From the NCBI RefSeq assembly GCF_004010195.1, contig NC_057746.1:16688820-16752819 (forward strand): DNA of 64,000 nt, given 5' to 3'. Positions 1 through 12,900 of the stretch are shown here, piece after piece. A program made the translations under genes and the position numbers. The DNA is from Chiloscyllium plagiosum (taxonomy: Eukaryota). Each line of letters starts with the position of its first letter. Position 1 is the first letter of the stretch. The notes beneath the pieces were generated by a model. That model did not search any database. It was not told where the DNA came from and saw nothing but the letters and a program-made list of their open reading frames with translations.

Positions 1-890
1 ACCTTCACGTCTCATCTTGGGATAGGCCGCCCTCTTCCATTTAACAAGGGATTCCAATTCCTTATTAAACCACGGCTCCCTCGCACGACCCTTTCCTCCC
101 TGCCTGACAGGTACATAGTTATCAAGGACACTCAATAGTTGCTCCTTGAACAAGCTCCACATATCATTTACACTCTTGCCTTGGAGTCTACTTTTCCAAG
201 CCACACATCCTAAGTCATGCCTCACCGCATCATAATTTCCCTGACCCCAGCTATAACTCTTGCCCTGTCGTCCTCACTTATCCCTCTCCATCACGAGTGT
301 AAAAATCACCGAATTATGGTCACTATCCCCAAAGTGCTCACCTACCTTTAATTCTAACACCTGGCCTGGTTCGTTACCCAGAACCAAATCCAGTATGGCC
401 TCACCTCTTGTTGGCCTGTCTACATATTGTGTCAGGAAACTCTCCTGCACACATTGAACAAACACTGACCCATCTAACGAACTTGAGCTATAGCTTTCCC
501 AATCAATATCAGGAAAGTTAAAGTCCCCCATAACAACCACCCTATTACTGTCACTCATCTCCTGAATCACCTTCCCTATCCTTTCTTCAATGATTCTAGG
601 ACTATTAGGAGGCCTGTAAAAGACTCCTAACAGGGTGACCTCACCTTTCCTATTCCTAACCTCAGCCCAAACTACCTCAGATGGCAAGTCCTCATCCATC
701 GTCCTTTCCACCACTGTAATACTATCTTTGACAAGCAATGCCACACCTCCCCCTCTTTTACCCCCACCTCTGACCCTACTAAAACATTTAAATCCTGGAA
801 CCTGCAACAGCCAATCCTGTCCCTGTTCTAGCCATGTCTCCGTAATAGCCACAACATCGAAGTCCCAGGTACCAACCCACGCTGCAAGTT
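1..890 (-). mobile_element. CR1-type LINE fragment (ORF2 apurinic endonuclease region)
   Basis: ORF 274-852(-) has APE motifs AITETW, GGGVALLV, GVFYRPPN, VVMGDFNFPDIDW, LDLVL and SDHN typical of CR1 ORF2. Confidence 0.93.
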
Positions 891-1150
891 CATACCAAGA
901 TTTTTAGAAGCCTGTCATTCAAACCAGATTTCCATCAATGGATAGAGAGATTTAGATCCCATTTATCAAGTTCTCAGAAACATAACTGGAAATGATATCA
1001 CCGACCACAACATCCCAAGACACATAAATAGCAACCGGGAAAGAACACAAAAGCTTCAGTGGAGAACCATCGATGATGTTACCTAACATGGTGACGAAAC
1101 CTCTGAGAGAAAACTCACCAGCTGAACATGCAAACCCAAAACCGACATTT
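891..1150 (+). mobile_element. Penelope-like element 3' end, degenerate
   Basis: GIY-YIG C-terminal-like remnant followed by a decayed hammerhead-like motif (GATGATGTTACC...GGTGACGAAAC, ~1072-1100). Confidence 0.55.
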
Positions 1151-3329
1151 AACATATACATCGAGGAATGAAGTGGTTTCAGAAGGTGGCAATGAGTGAT
1201 AGAATGAAGGTGGTCATGGATGCACAGAGATAGGGCAGTGAATATAATTGAAGGATATCACAAAAATATGGAGTCTTGTAAAGCTGAAGTATTGCACCAA
1301 CTACCAAACGTTACAAGGATGGGCACAGACAAAAAGTTGTGGGCGTTGTCAGAAGTAGCGTTTGGGATAAATGGGGATGAGAAACCTTATCAGCCATGAT
1401 TGAATGGCGGAGCAGACGCGATACGCTAAATGGCCTTACGTGGGAAGGCATTGGAGGGAACTACAGAGGAAAGGACACATATTACATTACAGCAATACAG
1501 AATGTTGTCAGAAACGGAAGCCTTTTCAGGAATTGGAATGTGTGCCAAGGCTGAATACATGTACAGTATTAAAGAGGTGGCCAACGTTACATAAACAGGA
1601 CGGAGTTTAGAGGCTGCAGCGTGTTGCAGACAGAGAAATGATTTTCAAGCTTGTTGCATGTTATAGAGAAAAGATGGATTGCAGAAACTTAAGCAAGTTT
1701 CAGAGATAGAATGGTAAGTAGATTTTTTTTAAAAAAATAAGTTTATACAGGACGGGATGTTTTATTTTTTCTTGACTGAAGATGATACGAGATAAGAAGG
1801 GGTAAAATGGAATGGACATGAAGAGGATGGTTCCCACGTACATTTTTTTCTTCTTTTCTACCCTGTGCTTTGTCAACCTTTCGGACCTATTAACTAACAG
1901 TATAACTTATAAAATCTGCACAGCCTATATGTCCTGCGAATGACTTGCTCTACTCTATGCTCTCAGTTTAGTTTAAATCCACCCCAAATATTTAGCAAAC
2001 AACACCATGACGTGCTACCTTTATTCAGATGTATGCCCTCTGATTTCTGGTGTCACTTCCCCAGCAGCGATATGAATACCTCTGAAATCTAAAAACCTCC
2101 TCCCCAGATATACATCAAATGAGAGAATATGAATCCACTCTTTTATTACATCCTACTTAGTTATACACTTGGTAAAGTCTTAATCTTTTGTATGTCAGAC
2201 AAATAATAAGAACTAAGCAACAACATGAACAAAAATAATTGTTAAGTTTTTTTAAGCTTTACTTAAGGCCTTAACTTACATCAATATCCAGTCTCAGGAG
2301 AAAGGGGAGAAATTATCTCTAATTAAAATCATGTTTCTCAGTAAGCTCACATTTTGACTGATGTGAAAAATGATGGGCTATGTTCCATCTTCTGGGACAT
2401 CATCACTTTTGATATTTCTCTTAACCTTGCTGCCACAACTCAAAGGTCACCTCTCGCTTCTTTTGGGTTCTTCCACGCTCATTGATTATTTTAACTTCGT
2501 CATTCGTCTTCCAGGTCCAGCACATGACTGCCGCTGTTTTATCTGTTTCTGGGACTTCTCGACCCGCACTGCTCTTTTTTTTTTGAAATTTTCTTTCCAT
2601 CCTCGGAATTCAAGGCAAGTTTTCCAATCTTCCTCTCTACAATAGGGGTGTCTTCTCTGTGGCTACATCATTTAAAATCTTTGTTTTGGCTCCCGATTCT
2701 CAAACCTTTCCTAAAGTGGCCTACTCCACTTCTTTAGTCAGATCCACAGCTTGACTCCCCAGGAATACTGACTGACTGTCATGGAGTCCTTACCTAGCCC
2801 TCTGCTCTGAATTCAGGAAGACGTTCGTCCTTGCTTCCCTGAGTCCCAAACTCAAGCTGCATCAATTCCTCGTTTCAATGAAGCCAAACTAACATTCCAT
2901 GTCAAAAAAACACCTCGTGGTACAATCATGTAGAATAATCAGGACTGTAACGATTCTGACTATCAACATCAGAGATGCTGTTGTCATGATTGTTGACATT
3001 GCCATGCTGCTATTCATCCATAGAAAGAGAATGATTCAAGGCGTTGTCATTAACATGAGCTATTTAGGCCTTAGAAACTTTCTTTTTTTTTGGGAGGGGG
3101 GGGGTGTGTGTGGGGGGGAATGCTGAAATTATAATGTACATTGCAAGACCAAAACTGTTAAATGCAAGCTGAGTCACAAAGTGTGCACGAACAATAAATT
3201 GACTTGAGAATCTCAACTCTTAACAGCCAGAATCCTTAGTGTCCTCCTTTGCAGTGGTGACACAAGGACAACATACAGTGAGAGGAAAAGCTACTGAACA
3301 ATTGTCACATTTGATGTTTCAGTCAAATC

Positions 3330-3560
3330 CTTGAGTACTCATGACAGAAAAACATTGCCGACTCATAAGCTCACGTCAAAAAACGACAGTTGCTAAGTCA
3401 AAGATGTCTGTACAACATCAATGACATTTACAGGATAGATGATGGCTGCACACATGAAGACCTCTGGACAGTGAACTGACACTAATTGTTACTTCAGCTA
3501 AAAATGCATAGCCTCAGTACCAGGAAACCTAGGAAAGGAGTGTGAATAATATAGCATTGA
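3330..3560 (+). mobile_element. Possible ancient RTE-type LINE relic
   Basis: Frame-broken LLSQRCL...RIDDGCTHEDL resembles the RTE ORF C-terminal motif LRWLGHVxRMxDxRIPKxLL. Confidence 0.35.
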
Positions 3561-4008
3561 TCAAGATGAATAGGTTGAACTCACAGAATCATAAATTCTG
3601 AATGCTGTATATTTGGAGAGATATTTGAGTACATGAGCAGAAATAGAAAGATGGCTCATAAGAAGCATCTATGAAAATAAACGTGGGTGATTCGTTCACT
3701 TCCACAAGATCCTCTGTTCTTCTAAAACAATGAAAATAGTGAAAACAATTGGATGTCTGACCCACATCAGGTGATCTTCAACACAACGTCAAGCACTAAA
3801 GTTGTGAGATAAAGAAAATGAGTGAGACATTACGAAACAGATTGTGTTTAAACCGATAAGATAACTGAAGGTCACGGTTGTGAATTCCACACATTTCAAA
3901 CATAATCAATATAAATGCTGTGCTACAGGATGCATTGTGGTACAGTGTTAAGGTTCTGCCAACTGACCAAGGAACCCACGTTCAAATCTAAACTGTTCGA
4001 GAGATTAT

Positions 4009-4655
4009 CGTCATAGAGTCATAGATGTATTGCATGGAAACAGCCCCTTCAGTCCAACTCGTCCATGCTGACCAGATATAGCAACGTAATCTCGTCCCAT
4101 TTCCCAGTACTCGGCCATTATCCCTATAAATCCTTCCTATTCATACACACATCCAGATGTCATTTAGCTGTTGCAATTGTACTTGCCTCCACCACTTCAT
4201 CTAGCAGTTTATTACAGACACGCACCACACTCAGTGTGAAAAAAGTTGCCTCTCAGGTCTTTTATATATTTTCCTCCTCTCACCCTAAAAATATGGCCAC
4301 TAGTTATGGACTCCCCTACTGGGAAAAAGACTTTCTCTATTTTTCCTATCCATTCCCCTCATTACTTTATAAATCTCAATGTGGTAACCCTCCAGCCTTC
4401 GATGCTCTAGGCAAAACAGCCCCAGTCTATTCAGCCTTTCTATAGCTCAAATCCTCTAACACTGGCAACATCCTTGGAGATCTTTTCTGAACCCTTTCAA
4501 CTTTCATAACATCCTTCCAATAGGAAGGAGACCATAATTGCAGGCAATATTCCAAACGTTGTCTAACCAACATCCTGTGCAGCCACAACATACACTTCAA
4601 ATCCTTTCCTCAATTGGCTGACCAATAAAAGAAAGCACACCAAATGCCTTCTTCA
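4009..4655 (-). mobile_element. CR1 LINE 3' end
   Basis: TCATAGAGTCATAGA tail repeat and 3'UTR closely similar to the + strand copy at 44860-45335. Confidence 0.85.
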
Positions 4656-4659
4656 CTAT

Positions 4660-7600
4660 CGTATAGAACATACAACACAAAACAATACAGTGCAGAACAG
4701 GCCCTTCAGCCCTCGATATTGCGCTGACCTGTGAACTATTGTCAGCTCATCCCCCAACACTATCCCATCATCATCCGTGTGCTTATCTAAGTTTTGTATA
4801 AATCTCCCTAATGTGGCTGAGTTAACTACATTAGCAGGCAGGGCATTCCACACCCTTTCCACTCTCTATGTAAAGAACCTGCCTCTGACACCTGCCTTAA
4901 ATCTATCACCCCTCAATTTGTAGTTATGCCTCCTCGTACAAGCTGGCGTCATCATCATGGGAAGAAGACTTTCACTGTCCATCCTGTCTAATCCTCTCAT
5001 ACTCTTGTATGTCTCTATCAAATCCCCTCTTAGCCTTCTTCTTCCCAATGAGAACAGAACCAAGTCTCTCAGCCTTTCCCCATAAGACTTTCCCTCCAGA
5101 CCGGGGAACATCTTGGTAAATCTCCTCTGCACCTTTTCCAGTTCTTCCACCTACTTCCCGAAATATGGTGAGCAGAAGTCTACATAATATTCCAAGTGTG
5201 GCCGCATTACCTGTTTGTGCAGTTACGGCATGATATTGCAACTCCGGAACTCAATCCCTCTCTGAATGAAACCTAAAACACCGTATGCCTTCTTAACAGC
5301 ACTATCAACCTGGGTGGCAACTTTCAGAGATTTATGGTCATGGGCTGCAAGATCCGTCTGTACATCCACACTACCAAGAATCTTTCCATTGACCTACTAC
5401 TCTGCCTTTCTCTTATTGTTCGCAAAGCGTGTCACCTCACATTTAGCTGCATTTGCCACCTCTCAGCTCAATTTTGCAATTTATCCAAGTCCCCCTGCAA
5501 ACTGTAACATCCTTCCAAACTCTCCACTACTCCACTGACTTTAGTGTCACCTGCAAATTTACTAATCCACCGACCGATGTCTGCATCTAAGTCATTTATA
5601 AAAATGACAAACAGCAGTGGTCCCAAAACAGATTCTTGTGGCACACCACTAGTAATCTGAGTCCAGGCTGAATATTTTCCATCAGCCACCACTCGCTGCC
5701 TTCTTTCAGAAAGCCAGTTTCTAATCCAAACTGCTAAATCACCCCCAATTCCATGCTGTGCATTTACTCCAACAGCATACCATGTGGAACCTTATCAAAG
5801 GCTTTACTGAAGTCCATATATACCACGTCAACTGCCCTACCTCATCTACATGCTTGGATACCTTCTCAAAAAACTCAATGAAGTTTGTGAGATCCCACCT
5901 GCCCTTGACAAATCATGTTGACTGTCTGAAATCAAATTGTTGCTTGCTAGATGTTTATAAATCTTATCTCTTATAATCATTTCCAAAACCTTTCTTACAA
6001 CAAAAGTAAGGCTCACTGGTTTATACTTACCTGGGTCATCTTTATTGCCCTTCTAGAACAAGGGCACAACAGTTGGAATCCTCAAGTCCTCTGGTACTAA
6101 ACCTATAGACAATGACGCCTCAAATATCAAAGTTAACGGCTCTGCTATCTCCTCCATAGCTTCCCAGAGAATCATGGGATAAATCCAACCAGTGCAGGGG
6201 ACTTGTCTACTTTCACTCCTTCAGAATTAGTAACACCTGCTCGTAACTAACCTCGATCCTTTATAATCTAATATCTCGTAGCTCATTCTTCTCCTGTACA
6301 ATATTCTCCTTTTCCTGAGTGAAAACCGATGAGAAATGTTCGTTTAGCACCTCTCCGATGTCTACAGGGTCCACACTCAACTTCCCACTTCTGTCTTTGA
6401 CTGGCCCATTCCTACCCTAGTCATTCTTTTATTCCTCACATACCTATAAAAAGCTTTAGGGTTCTCCTTTATTTTATTTGCTAAAGACTGCTCGTGTCCT
6501 CTCTTTGCTCTTCGTTACTCTCTCCTTAAATCCTTCCTAGCTGATTTGTAATTCTCCATCACCTCATCTGAACCATCTTGCTTCATCAACGCATAAGCAT
6601 CCTTATTCTGCTTAACAAGAGATGCAATTTCTGTAGTAAACCACGGTTCCCTTACCTTATTACTTCCTCCCTGCCTGATAGGGACATATATATCACGGAT
6701 ATGCAATATTTGTTCGTTAAACCAGCTCCACATTTCCATTTTCTGCATCCCCTGTATTTTGCTACCCCATTCTATGCATTCTAATTCATGCCTATACGCA
6801 TTATAATTGCCCTTGTCCATCGATAACTGTTGACATGTGGCATGTACCTATCCCTTTCAATCACTAAACTAAACGTAGCTGAATTATGGTCACTCTCTCC
6901 AAAGTGCTCATCTACAACTAAATGAATCACCTGGCCTGGTACATTACCAAGCACCAGATCCAGTGTGGCCTTCCCTCTTGTCGGCTCTTCGACCTACTGT
7001 GTCAGGAAACCCTCCTGTGCACATCGGACAAAAACTGATCCATCTGACGTACTAGAATTATAGCATTTCCAGTCAATGTTGGAGAGGTTAAAGTCCCCCA
7101 TAATGTCCACCGTGTTCCTTTCGCTCCTACCCAGGTAAATTTTGCCAATCCTCTCTTTCATCTCCCTGGATCTCTGCGGAGACTTATGAAAAATTCAAGC
7201 AATGTAACCTCTCTGCTCCTGTATTTAAATTCAGACCACACTATCTCAGTAGACGAATCCTCATCAAAAGTTCTTTGAGCCACCATTTTTTTTAGATTAG
7301 ATTAGATTACTTACAGTGTGGAAACAGGCCCTTCGGCCCAACAAGCCCACACCGCCTCGCCGAAGCGCAACCCACCCATACCCCTACATTTTACCCCTTA
7401 CCTAACACTACGGGCAATTTAGCATAGCCAATTCACCTGACCTGCACATCTTTGGACTGTGGGAGGAAGCCGGAGCACGCGGAGGAAACCCACACAGACA
7501 CGGGGAGAACGTGCAAACTCCACACAGTCAGTTGCCTGAGGCGGGAATTGAACCCGGGTCTCTGGGGCTGTGAGGCAGCAGTGCTAATCACTGTGCCACC

Positions 7601-8450
7601 GTGCCGCCCACTGTCACCTTGACTAACAAGGTCCCACCTCCCCCTCTTTTAGCGACTTGCCTGTTCTAAATGAAAGATCTGAACCCTGGAACCTGCAACA
7701 TCCATTCCTCACCCTGCTCTATCCATGTTCTGAAATGATCACAATATCAAAGTTCCAGGTATCTGTCCCCATGCTGCAAGCTCACCTACCTTAATTCGAA
7801 TACGTCTGGCGTTGAAGTGGGCACATTTCAAACCAGTTTGCTGACTGCCAGCACATTCCTGTGACCCTGAAATACTGTCCCTGTCCTCATTACTCTCATT
7901 CTCCTATGAACCGCAACTAAACCTCAGGTTCCCAAATCCCTACTGAGCTACTTTATACCCACCAGACTAGCACCAGCAAATTTACCTCCCAGGATATTAG
8001 TACCCCATCTGGTTCAACTGAAGACCGCCCTGTTTGTACAGGTCCCACCTTCCCCAGAATGAGCCTCAATTATTCACGTACTTGAAACCGTCCTTCCTGC
8101 ACCATACTCGCAGGCACGTGTTTAGTTGATATCTCTCCCTCTTCCTTACCTCGCTATCATATGGAATGGGTAACAAAGCAGAGATAACAACTCTGTTTGT
8201 TCTAGCTCCCTGAAATCCTGCCTTACATCCCATCCCTACTTCTACCTATGTCGTTAGTAATGACATGGACCACGACTTCAAGAGGCTGGTCACCCTCATT
8301 TCAGGACCTCAAAGATACGATCTGAGACATCACGAACCCTGGCAACACAACAAGCGTGAGTCTCGTTCGTTGCCAATAAACCTTCTATTTGAGCCTCTAA
8401 CTATTGAGTCCCCAATGACGAACACAATGACTATCTGCCCGTGACTCTGC
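4660..8450 (-). mobile_element. Long degenerate CR1 LINE (RT, endonuclease and upstream part), interrupted by a SINE
   Basis: Minus-strand ORF pieces [40 protein letters not shown]; (ATAGAAC)-like tail at 4663; endonuclease region 6800-7800 similar to 274-852. Confidence 0.92.
7292..7609 (-). mobile_element. Full-length tRNA-derived HE1/V-SINE
   Basis: Minus strand starts GGGCGGCACGGTGGCACAGTG (A box), has GGGTTCAATTCC (B box), the V-domain GGAGTTTGCACGTTCTCCCCGTGTCTG, a CR1-like 3' end and a (TCTAA)n tail. Confidence 0.92.
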
Positions 8451-8519
8451 TTTCAATCTCTCGTATGAACTTGCACTCCAAAGTCTCTTTGCTCAGCAAC
8501 GCCCCCTAGGAACTTGCCA

Positions 8520-9930
8520 CGTCCTGCTAAGATTTGCTTTCCCAAACTGCAGCACATCACAGTTATCTAAACTAAACTCCATCTGCCACTCCTCAGCCAT
8601 TGGTCGATCTGATCAAGACCCCGTTGTAACCTGAGGTAAACTGCTTCACTGTCCATACACTTCCAGTTTCAGTGTCATCTGCAAATTTACTAACTATACC
8701 TCCTATGTTCATATTCAAACCATTGATATAAAATTACGAAAAGTAGTGGACCCAGCACCATCCACTCATGGCACTCCATCAGTGCCACTCCATTGATCAC
8801 AGGCCTCCAGTTTGAAAAACAACCGTCCACCACCACCCACTGTCGTCTACCTTCGAGCCAGTTTTATATCCAAATATCTCGTTCTTCTTTTATTCCACGA
8901 GATCCAACTTTGCTAATCAGTCTGCCATGGGACCCTTGTCAAACGTCTACCACTCTGCCCTCATCAATCCTCTTAGTTACTTCTACAAAAACTCAATCAG
9001 GTTTGTGAGACATGGTTTCATACGCACAAAGCCATATTTCCAAATACGTGCAAATTCTGTTCCTCAGGATTTTTTCCATCAACTTGACCATCACCGACAG
9101 CAGGCTTACCAGTCTACACTTCCCCAGCTTGTCCTTACTACCTTTCTTAAATAATGGTACCACATTAGCCAACCTCCAGTCTTCTGGCATCTCACTTGTG
9201 ACTATCGATGATACAAATATCTCAGCAAGGGGCAAAGCAATCACTTTGCTAGCTTCCCATAGAGTTCTAAGGTACACCTGATCAGTTCCTGGGAATTTAT
9301 CCACCTTTATGCGTTTCACGACATCCAGCACGTCCTCTTCTGAAGTATGGACATTTTTCAAGATGTCACCTTTTATCTCCCCACATTCTATACCTTCCAT
9401 GTTCTTTTCCACAGTAAACAATAATGCAACATACTCGTTTAGTATCTCCCCCATCTCGTGCAGCTCCACACAAAGGTTACCTTGCTATTGGTATTCACTC
9501 CAAGTTAACATTTTGTCCTTAATGTAATTGTGAGAATCCTTTGGGTTCACCTCAACATTATTTGCCAAAGCTATCTCATGACTTCTTTTTAGCCCTCCCG
9601 ATTTCCCTCTTACGCCTGCTGCTTTTATAGTGTTCTTGGGATTCACTCAATCTCTCCTCTCTGTACCTGACATAAGCTTCCTTGTTTTCTTAACCAAAGG
9701 GAATATACTGTCTCTGGATTCTCATTATCTCATTTCTGAAGGCTTCCCATTTTCCAAATAACCCTTTACCTGTGAACATTTTCCCCCAATCAACTTTTGA
9801 AGTTTCTTGCCTAATACCGTCAAAATTAGCCTTCCTCCAATTTAGAATTTCAACTGTTCGATCTGGTCTATCTTTTCCATCACTGGTCAGTCACCTGCCC
9901 TCCATTGTTTCCCAAGAGTAGGTGCATCCA
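8520..9930 (-). mobile_element. CR1 LINE fragment (tether/RT N-terminal region)
   Basis: ORF 8993-9469(-): EILNEY, KFPGTD, PEDWRLANVVPLFKKG. Confidence 0.88.
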
Positions 9931-12900
9931 CAGCTAGATTTAGTAAATGCTATGAAAATCAAATGTTGATTTGGCCATGGTTCACTACACCTGTTATTTT
10001 GTTCCCCAGTGACTACAACACCAGTCTGTATAGAATTAAACTGTGCCACGAGAGGTTTTCCTCTTTTATTAATAAGAGGCCGATTTCAGTGCGCTTTAAG
10101 TCTTACTGAAAGAGGGCGAAACAGTTCCAATACGAAAATAGGAATGAACAACTGGAAGACAAGTTGCATCGTCGTTCATGTGGAAAGTCTTCACTGTATA
10201 TTCGTTGCAGTTATTGGTGTTGTTGGTGAGTCTGCACATCCACATACTTTGTGTATACTGTATTACTTATTGCACAATTGTAATTCAGCAAATGCAGATA
10301 TTGTGATCTTCACACCGGCTTAATTCCTTCTGTGAATGATAATGTTTAAATTCACTTGACTTAATTTTCACTCAGCAGTTCGTTCCTTCTGAATCCAATT
10401 AATAGCATTTGCCCCTAGCCGCCATATATTTTGATGGGTCCTTGTCAAGATGAAAAATAAAGTTTCTGAATCTCCAACGCAAATAAAAATCCGAAGTTAT
10501 ATTGTAGCCGATACACGGAGTACTTGCAGCATTAGATACCCAGTAGGACACGTAAATCAAGGATAAATATTGAAATCGTTTTAGAAACGAGTTTCAGTCC
10601 TGCAGCTCACTACCTTCCATTTCGATTTCACACCAATGTGTCACCTTACACATGGTGTGATGTTAGAAAAAGTATGAATTGCCTTTCATAAATCAGGTGA
10701 TATGTTCCATTCATTTTCAATTGTGCCGTTTCCAATCATTACTTCAATATCGTTAAATATTATGTTTTTGCTTACCTATGAGTGACTCTGTCAGTCAGCC
10801 CCACAAATAATATTCCATCAGGTCACTCTTACCTTGACTGAGAATGTTTCCTTGTCCAATGTAATATTTTGTCCAACATTCAGATCTTCTTCCGAGAACA
10901 TGGAATAAACTGAATTACTGCAATCAATCATAATCTCATCATTTACACACTGCTGACGTGCTTGCGCGACTTCTTCCTAAATATTAATTATTTTCCTTTT
11001 TTCATTTGAGAGATAGATGCTCTCTCCAACAGAATAACGCAGCTAAAAGTAGAATAATATTTATTACAGGTTGGTCGTGTCTTCTGAGAGACAGTACGAA
11101 AATAGGCTCAGGATTTAGCGAGGTCTGATGATGTCAACCGATGTATGATTTTCGACCGCTGAATAAATCAGTTACAGGAATACAATGCGTAGAACAACTG
11201 TGACTTTTAATCCTGACCATTAAAATAGTTTGCTGTCCTAATTTTAGGTCTGAGATCTGCTTTGCAGGGTCTGAAATCGCATTTAAAGGAAGGAAAGGCA
11301 TTAATGATCACCCACGTGAGGAATTTTTCTCCTTTTCACAACTTCTTAATGCAAATTCCATCAGAGCACAAGTCAGCCTTCCAGATATCTCATCGTAGCA
11401 GAACGGACGAATGTCAGATCCCGGCAAGAGACGAATTTCCAGCTGCTTGCCGATCACTGCCCTAAAAGCAATGGACGGATATTGTCCCAATGGGTAAAAA
11501 CGAGCGCTGAAAGAGTAATGCAAGACATAATTTGTTTTTAAAAAATGAAGACACAGGCCACTATGATTATGAGAAGGAAGAAGCACTTTACATTATGAAG
11601 GTAAAATTGATTTCAACAAGGAACATGCTCAACAGTTCCTCTATTAACGTCATTCATTAACCCTTAGTGCTCAGTTTTACTACGGAGTATTTGTTCTATT
11701 AGACGTCCTTAAATATGTTAAAACGTGACATTATTTTGATTAAGTACACCATGATCGACTAGTTAGCAACATTAATCAGGAGCCTGTATGATTAACAAAG
11801 CCCAGTTACAAATTTCATGTGAGATATGAAGCAGAATTCAGTGGTGAATTGGGTTATATGCAATTTAGAAGGAACGTCTATAATTATGACGACAAGAATT
11901 ATTAATTTAGAAACTACTCTTTCTGGATGTTATACTGACCTGCGGTTTTCTCAACAAGGAACATTCGATGCTAATGGAGATGCAGTAGTCAATCTTAATA
12001 AAAATAAGCTTTTAGCATAGGTATTGGCATGTAAATTGTGCAACAACTTTGTTGATTAAACTTAATAGACATGAATATAAAAACAATGAACCCTTTTTGG
12101 AAAAATGAGTGAAATCAAAATAAACTAAGTGAAATAGTCAGACTTTAACAAAAGACTAACTTAAACTCATGGATGTCAGCAACAGACACCCATGATTGGA
12201 TGCTGAGCAACAACAGCCCTCCAGCTCCTTGGCAATTGTAACCGAAAGTGGTGTGTGACATAGGGAGGGCGGAGAATGTAGACATAAAAGGTAAAAAGGT
12301 AAAGCAGACGTTTAAGACAATCAGAGAAAATTCACAGCAATTTGACATCCATGCTTATTATGCAGGGCACATTTGATAAAAGTGATAAATTCACGTTCTC
12401 AGTTCCCTTTCCAATAATGTCTATGTATACTCTATTCAGTCTTTAAGCAATTGTTTCAAATCTTGATGTTGCTTAATGAATAAATGGTGTAGATTAGCAA
12501 ACCACAATGCAACATAGTCTAATAGATGTTTCCACAACTCATGAAGAATTGAGCGTGTGTTGTATTGTCGGAGGAAAAAAGCAGTAAAAAGAGAACTGTA
12601 AAGTTGATGGGGCAGTATGACAAAATAATGTAACTTGGGGAATCAGTGCTGGGGAAAAAAGTTTTGCAATGTCAGAGGGTCAATGCTTAAAGGTGATGCA
12701 TTACTATTGGGAAGAAGCATTGAAGTGTTGGATGGAAGCAGTGAAAGAAGGTATTGCACTGAAGCAAGAGGAATGCAGGAGAATTGCTGCACTGAGATGC
12801 CAAAATGATATCCTTGTCGATCTCCCTCCATGGGGCAAAATTTTCCACGCCACTCTTTTGCTGTACACCTGGCTTATGTTCTATTGTGGAATGATTAATT

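Noticed and set aside
7520-7609. tRNA gene (A and B boxes)
   Set aside because: It is the tRNA-derived head of a SINE, continuous with the V-domain and LINE tail
10765-10990. Two minus-strand AG|GTAAG donors and a small CpG/TGACGT patch suggesting a divergent transcript
   Set aside because: No ORF or partner exons identified; motifs this short occur by chance
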